64,000 bases of DNA, from IMG/VR virus record IMGVR_UViG_3300037466_003572. One strand, 5' to 3'. A program made the position numbers and the translations under genes. Below, piece after piece: positions 58,982 to 64,000 of the stretch. The notes below the pieces were generated by a model. It saw only the letters and a list, made by a program, of their open reading frames with translations. It was not told the origin of the DNA and did not search any database. The first letter of the stretch is position 1. Each line of letters opens with the position of its first letter. This stretch comes from an uncultured virus (IMG/VR IMGVR_UViG_3300037466_003572). Its lineage: Duplodnaviria > Heunggongvirae > Uroviricota > Caudoviricetes.

Positions 58982-59449
58982 TTATAGCCAGGTCGCACCT
59001 GGAATTAAAGATAATTGTTTAAATAATTCGTTTGGCGTAATATCGCGATCCCATTTAACAAACTCTTTAAGATCGAGCTGTGATAAAATATCGTCAACCG
59101 CTTCGGAACAAATTAACAGCCGCGGATTATTAAATATCTTACGGCTAGTACCGAATAAATTGTTAAACAATATTCCGGCGATCTGTAAATAGTCGTAATC
59201 AATCCCGAGCATCCCTTCAGCTAGCTTAATGACGTGTTCTCGATCAGCATCACTCATTGGTAGTCTGATAATTTCAAAATCATGATAATTCATCGGTACA
59301 ATTTGTGTTTTGCGATTACCCTGCGCTTCGAAAATTTCGTGTTCAGAAACTGCAATAGCCACGTGCGAAAATTGCCCGTGGTCAAAAATCTTTATAGCAT
59401 TCGAGATCCAGTTATGACCGCGAACGAAAACAATATCCCCTGTTTGCAT
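58982..59449 (-). CDS. permuted papain-like NlpC/P60 (YiiX-like) protein
   Basis: GDIVF, FSHVA, YDY, ICSE, TPNEL. Confidence 0.8.
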   Translation of the reverse strand: MQTGDIVFVRGHNWISNAIKIFDHGQFSHVAIAVSEHEIFEAQGNRKTQIVPMNYHDFEIIRLPMSDADREHVIKLAEGMLGIDYDYLQIAGILFNNLFGTSRKIFNNPRLLICSEAVDDILSQLDLKEFVKWDRDITPNELFKQLSLIPGATWL

Positions 59450-59477
59450 GTTAATTCTCCTCTGTGAAAATCGTATT

Positions 59478-59864
59478 CTATAATATTGGTAAAAACAGCT
59501 TTTTCGTGTGTCCGTTATATGGAATTCGTACGGTTTTTAATAATCCTTCCGATTCCAGTATCAAGCACAGCTTTTTCAGCCGATCTTTATGGATACCCGT
59601 ATCGTCTGAAATTTGTTTAACGGATGGAAACGCCCACATATAAAATGAATTATCTGCATTTCCGTTTACATAGCTGGATAAAAATAAAAACAACACGAGA
59701 GAATCACGTGCTGTCGGTCCATCGTATTTATTTCTGAGTTCGGGCAATTTGATGCGTAATAATTCGTGTGGAATCGGTGTATATAATCCCTTATCGAGGA
59801 TTTTATTCTTCGCAACGACCGCAGTTTGAGCCATCATTGCAATTTCATTCATTCGTTCATTCAA
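59478..59864 (-). CDS. winged HTH protein
   Basis: GGGGGTG SD before TTG 59864; AFPSVKQISDDTGI..L...LESEGLL. Confidence 0.75.
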   Translation of the reverse strand: MNERMNEIAMMAQTAVVAKNKILDKGLYTPIPHELLRIKLPELRNKYDGPTARDSLVLFLFLSSYVNGNADNSFYMWAFPSVKQISDDTGIHKDRLKKLCLILESEGLLKTVRIPYNGHTKKLFLPIL

Positions 59865-60167
59865 CGATTTCACCCCCGGGTTTAAAAATATATTCCGGAA
59901 ATTTTTTATTCCGGTATGTACGTAAATATGTGGCGGGTTGGGTAACGATATGGTACCGAAATGTATGAGAAATGGGTGACGAATGGGTGACGAATGGACC
60001 CCAAGATGCAAAAAATAGTAGCGTTTATCTATACACCAGACCACAGATTTTGGCGCGGTAGCTTTGGGGGGTCCGTTCGTTTGTGTCAATGGATGAATAA
60101 AAACAAATTATTTATGAATGATTCAAACGCGCGCGCCGTCTGTGTTTGCGTTGATTCTATATAAAAA

Positions 60168-60195
60168 GTTATACATAATAAATATTATGTATAAT
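60168..60195. other. dif-like symmetric tyrosine-recombinase site
   Basis: GTTATACATAA-TAAATA-TTATGTATAAT, 11-6-11 inverted arms. Confidence 0.7.
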
Positions 60196-61255
60196 ATAAG
60201 CGATGTTTAATGGATGCCGCGCCGTGTATGTGTTTGCGTTCATCAGCAATATAAAAGAAAGATAACAGAATGAAATTAATATTTACATGATTCATTTTAT
60301 AATTCATAGGTAGATTTCAAACGATTCCGGGCGCGTGGTATACATCCCCTATTTTTTCCTCCGTGTCTTTAAAATAAATAGATGCAAATAAAAAGCGTCA
60401 TTCATTCGTTGTTTTCATCCGTTGTTTTCAATCGTTATTTATTCGCGTATATAATTGCGTTGTTTATTCGTTGTTTATTCCGTGTTTGTTTCGTTCATCT
60501 GTTCGCGTGTGTGTTCGTGTGTTTGTATCACTCCAGAACATCCCGCGCGTGTATATATCAACTATAAACGAAAGCAATAAAACAAACGTTTTATAAATGT
60601 TTTAAACGTGTTTTATATTTCCATTTTATCGCGTTACATTTTTATTTTAAAAGATGTTTTCACGATGCGCGCGCCGTGTTTCTTATATCGTATTTTATAC
60701 GATTTCTTTGCGTATTTTTTAACGTTGTTTTTATCGTCTGTTTTTTCATGCTCCATTATATTTTTCTTTTTATATTGTTCTTTTTATATATCGTTCTTTT
60801 TATATTCACTGAAACGGGATTTAATTAATTCCGCTTTACATGATTTAATTAATTCCTGTATATATGAACTATTTATATTTATCGTTCTATTATGTCGTTT
60901 TTAATTCGTTTTTCAACGTCTTTATAAAATGTTTAAAAATTTCGCTTTCATATTTCGTTTTTAAGCCACTTTAAAAAATACGTTTGATATATTTATCACG
61001 GAGAAAAAGAAAACACAATAAAAAAACGGGTGTTTTAATTCCCATTTATTCTTCTTTTATATTCTTCGATACTTTCATTTATCATTTTATTAGTTGATCT
61101 ATTTATAAAATGAATACTAACAAAAAATAAGAATGTAAAAATAATAAAATAAAATATCTCTAACATAATAAAATCACCTCTTTTTAACAACATAATTGAA
61201 ACGGTTAAAAAGTCAACAAAAAAAAAAACGGTGTTTAAACCGTTTTTATTATGTA

Positions 61256-61561
61256 TTATTTAAAAAGTAAATTTAGCCTTATGCCTTTCCAACTATGCGC
61301 CGCTTGAATTTGTTCTTCGTTTACTAATTCAAAATCATGCCCGGATCTTTTTAAATAATTCGTGTGTTTAGATGTTGTTCGAGAATACTTTTCACAATTA
61401 ATCAATAACATATTATCATTTGTAATTTTTGCGATAATTGTACGATAGTTTATTAGAACGATGCATCCATTTTCTTTTCTAACAAATAAATTTTGTGTAT
61501 GATTCATTGATTCGATACCGTTTAAAAAATTATTTAATACTTGTTCATTTGATGTTTTCAT
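61256..61561 (-). CDS. hypothetical early protein
   Basis: AAGGAG SD; Y.T.IA...YSRTTSKH motif typical of small phage early proteins. Confidence 0.7.
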   Translation of the reverse strand: MKTSNEQVLNNFLNGIESMNHTQNLFVRKENGCIVLINYRTIIAKITNDNMLLINCEKYSRTTSKHTNYLKRSGHDFELVNEEQIQAAHSWKGIRLNLLFK

Positions 61562-61682
61562 TTTTTATCATCTCCTTTTTATATGTTAACTATATTTATT
61601 ATAGTGCAAAAAGCAAGTAATAGTTAAAAAAAGATAAATAAAAAACACGCTTTTTAAACGTGTTTTATTTTTTCCGTATGTA

Positions 61683-62021
61683 TTAAATAAAAATCATTTT
61701 ATTATTATATTCAATTCCTATTGATTCCTGTTTTAATTCGTCTTTTAATTTTAATATGAATTCCATTATTTTTAATTCGTTTTCCGGAGTTATCTCTTCG
61801 CAATAAGAATAAACCGCTTGAATATCTTCTATAATTAAACCGTGTTTTTGACTATACCAAGCGCCGCGGATCGATTCAACGGATGCGCCACCAAATTCTA
61901 AAGATAAGATTTTTAAACATTCATTTATATAATATGTACTATCGATTTTTTTGTTTGCGTCTATGGTTGACGGTATGAAAATTTTTATTTTTTGTTCGTA
62001 TCCTGTTTTATTTAATAACAT
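61683..62021 (-). CDS. hypothetical early protein
   Basis: GGAGGTG SD; FGGAS..GAW...LKQESI. Confidence 0.7.
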   Translation of the reverse strand: MLLNKTGYEQKIKIFIPSTIDANKKIDSTYYINECLKILSLEFGGASVESIRGAWYSQKHGLIIEDIQAVYSYCEEITPENELKIMEFILKLKDELKQESIGIEYNNKMIFI

Positions 62022-62124
62022 GAAAAATCACCTCCCATTTAATTTTTATCTTGTTATATATTTATTTTAACATGAATATTTTTAAACGGTTAAAAAGAAA
62101 TAAAAAAACGGTGTTTAAACCGTT

Positions 62125-62514
62125 TTATTTATCAATGTTTTTAGCGTTAAAAATATAATCCCAATTTGAATTATCATAATCCGTTTTTTTCCATGATATC
62201 GCGATTTTATCGCCCGGAGTTACGTGTTTTAATCCCGCTTTTAAAAGATATTCTTTTTCATAATAAATGCCCTCGCCTGTTCCCGTTGCTAAATATCCAT
62301 ATACAAAGCCATTTTTTTCTATTGATTCAATAATAAAATACTCTGTTACTAATTCCGGCGTGTTTAATTCCGCTTTTATAAATTGATTATTATATCTATT
62401 TTGATATGTATCAAATAAAACATAATCTTTTTTTATATATTCCCCATCAAAAGAAGAGGGCGTGTTATTAAAACTTAAACTTGATAAAACATAAAATAAA
62501 AATAAAACATTCAT
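62125..62514 (-). CDS. hypothetical protein with N-terminal signal-like segment
   Basis: GAGGTG SD, hydrophobic N-terminus. Confidence 0.65.
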   Translation of the reverse strand: MNVLFLFYVLSSLSFNNTPSSFDGEYIKKDYVLFDTYQNRYNNQFIKAELNTPELVTEYFIIESIEKNGFVYGYLATGTGEGIYYEKEYLLKAGLKHVTPGDKIAISWKKTDYDNSNWDYIFNAKNIDK

Positions 62515-62708
62515 AATATCACCTCTTTTTTATTTAAAATATTTTGTTTTTGAATTTCCATTTCATAAAATTTAAAAGCATCATTTAAATAATATGTATA
62601 GAAAACGCTTTTTTTATTTAATTGTACAGAATATAAACCTTTTTTTAAAACAATGGAAACGAAAACGCCTTTTTTAATTTGTTGCTTATCGATCGTTTTA
62701 TTAAACAT
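62511..62708 (-). CDS. hypothetical early protein
   Basis: GGAGGTG SD. Confidence 0.6.
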   Translation of the reverse strand: MFNKTIDKQQIKKGVFVSIVLKKGLYSVQLNKKSVFYTYYLNDAFKFYEMEIQKQNILNKKEVIL

Positions 62709-62802
62709 AATACCACCTCCATATGATACATTTTTATTTTAACACAATTATTTTTAAATAGTTAAAAAAGGAGAAAAAAAACCACGCTTTTTAATACGTG
62801 AT

Positions 62803-63072
62803 TTATTTAATTCTTTTTAAATACGGCGCCGGCGTTTTTGGTGTTTCTGTTGTTTGCGTGTTCTGTTCGTTTATTACTTTAAAGAAATATTTTTTATTTT
62901 GGTTAAAAACAATAATTGAAAATACGATATAAATAAAGGTAGATTTTTGATCTATTGACTCATCCCATGCATGGAAACATCCATAAATTAACGATATAAT
63001 AGCGTTTAAACCTAAACCAAGGAAAACAACAAAGGTAAAAAATAGTTTTAATTCTTTTTTGAAATTATTCAT
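62803..63072 (-). CDS. small membrane protein
   Basis: AAGGAG SD, two TM segments. Confidence 0.65.
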   Translation of the reverse strand: MNNFKKELKLFFTFVVFLGLGLNAIISLIYGCFHAWDESIDQKSTFIYIVFSIIVFNQNKKYFFKVINEQNTQTTETPKTPAPYLKRIK

Positions 63073-63137
63073 AATATCAACTCCTTTTTTTCAATATAAT
63101 CGATAAGAGAAAAAAAGCAAGAAAAAAAACGGATTTT

Positions 63138-63302
63138 TTATTTTCCGTTTTTCATTTCTTTTATTTGTCTTTCCATTAATTCTTTATATCCTTTTAAAAT
63201 TTGGCTATTTGGATTATTTTTTAACTGTTCATTTACGGTGTTTAAAAAATTTTCTTTTATCTCGAGTGAACGGTTAATAATTTTTTGAAAGTCATAATTC
63301 AT
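63138..63302 (-). CDS. 54-aa hypothetical protein missed by ORF track
   Basis: GGGAG SD, MNYDFQKII...; terminator overlaps stop. Confidence 0.55.
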   Translation of the reverse strand: MNYDFQKIINRSLEIKENFLNTVNEQLKNNPNSQILKGYKELMERQIKEMKNGK

Positions 63303-63478
63303 TTTTTATCATCTCCCATTTTTAAAAAGTATTTATCTAGTAAATAAGTAATTAAAATAGATAAAATAATACAACTTATATCTATAAACGGATTCCCGGT
63401 CATTTTCATTATCTATCATCTCCTTTTTTATTTGTATAATTGAAACGGTTAAAAAGTCAAGAAAAATAAAAACGGTGT

Positions 63479-64000
63479 TTAAACCGTCTTTATATCGTCA
63501 AAATATTTATATTTTTTATTTTCGTATTCTGTTTTTAAAATCATTGTTTTCTCTATCCATTCCGGCGGCGCTTCAATTGCTTTTTGTTGAAAATTAAAAC
63601 CATCCATATAATAAAAAGCGGCGGTCTGTCCCGGTATTTCAGCGTAAAGCGTTTTCCACGTCTCCACGGGATAGAATAAACGTTGTGTTAAATAGGCGTT
63701 GAATTCCCCGGAGAATGAAAAGGGGCATCCGCAAATTAAATGCGCGTAAATATCGTGAACGGCGCGCCCGGTGTTATTCTGTTTTTGTGTTAAAAATGGG
63801 TGTTTCGATCCTCCACAAAAAATATATATTTTATTTTCTTTTTCAACGCGCGCCCTCATTTCAAAAGCGCTTTTATATTCGTCATTTTCTGTAAAAATAA
63901 CGGGTATATTTATTTTTTCGAAAAGATCCGCGCTTGTCTTTGCGATCAATTCATAATGAAAAGCAATTTTTTCTTTATCTTGTTTATTTTCATCTATTAA
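63479..64000 (-). CDS. partial hypothetical protein with RAVHDxxxH motif
   Basis: frame stays open to window edge; RAVHDIYAH...GE..A...AEIPGQ. Confidence 0.65.
   Translation of the reverse strand, partial: LIDENKQDKEKIAFHYELIAKTSADLFEKINIPVIFTENDEYKSAFEMRARVEKENKIYIFCGGSKHPFLTQKQNNTGRAVHDIYAHLICGCPFSFSGEFNAYLTQRLFYPVETWKTLYAEIPGQTAAFYYMDGFNFQQKAIEAPPEWIEKTMILKTEYENKKYKYFDDIKTV

Larger units (their letters stand above)
61192..63488 (-). repeat. dispersed terminator/promoter repeats between cassettes
   Basis: AAAACGGTGTTTAAACCGT at 61225, 62105, 63469; ATAATTGAAACGGTTAAAAAGTCAA at 61192 and 63436. Confidence 0.8.

Noticed and set aside
60382..60904. ORFs 60382-60567 and 60608-60904
   Set aside because: Phe-rich products of T-rich non-coding DNA, with no SD.
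1..64000. tRNA, rRNA, arbitrium (AimR/AimP) or CI/Cro modules
   Set aside because: None recognised by eye; a tRNAscan or HMM search would be needed to exclude them.

Overview
The whole window looks like most of one AT-rich tailed-phage genome infecting a Bacillus-like host; no host genes are evident. Layout: (i) 1-2.5 kb (+) and 61-64 kb (-) are arrays of small genes, most with their own promoter and terminator, all pointing inward; (ii) 3.5-32 kb (+) is a replication/nucleotide block (DnaC-like loader, DnaB-like helicase, primase, sigma-like factor, gp32-like SSB, family A DNA polymerase, RusA, class I RNR, ThyX, PhoH, free-standing endonucleases, candidate Tad2-like and Acb2/Tad1-like immune-signal sponges); (iii) 32.8-60 kb (-) is a late block with terminase, portal, capsid, PBSX(Xkd)-like contractile tail and GH25 endolysin, interrupted by a small tyrosine recombinase on +. 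Features not in the ORF track: a 9-mer ACCATCACA recurring in translation-initiation regions together with two antitoxin-less MazF/PemK genes (candidate RNA-level timing switch); a 474-nt group I intron splitting the minor capsid gene at H|PNCRH; a symmetric dif-like 11-6-11 site; a consensus sigma-A promoter antisense to the phage sigma gene; a three-copy phage promoter motif; structured leaders before the SSB and scaffold genes; and a -1 frameshift in the tail chaperone. All family assignments are from motif recognition by eye and all counts are manual; no searches were run.
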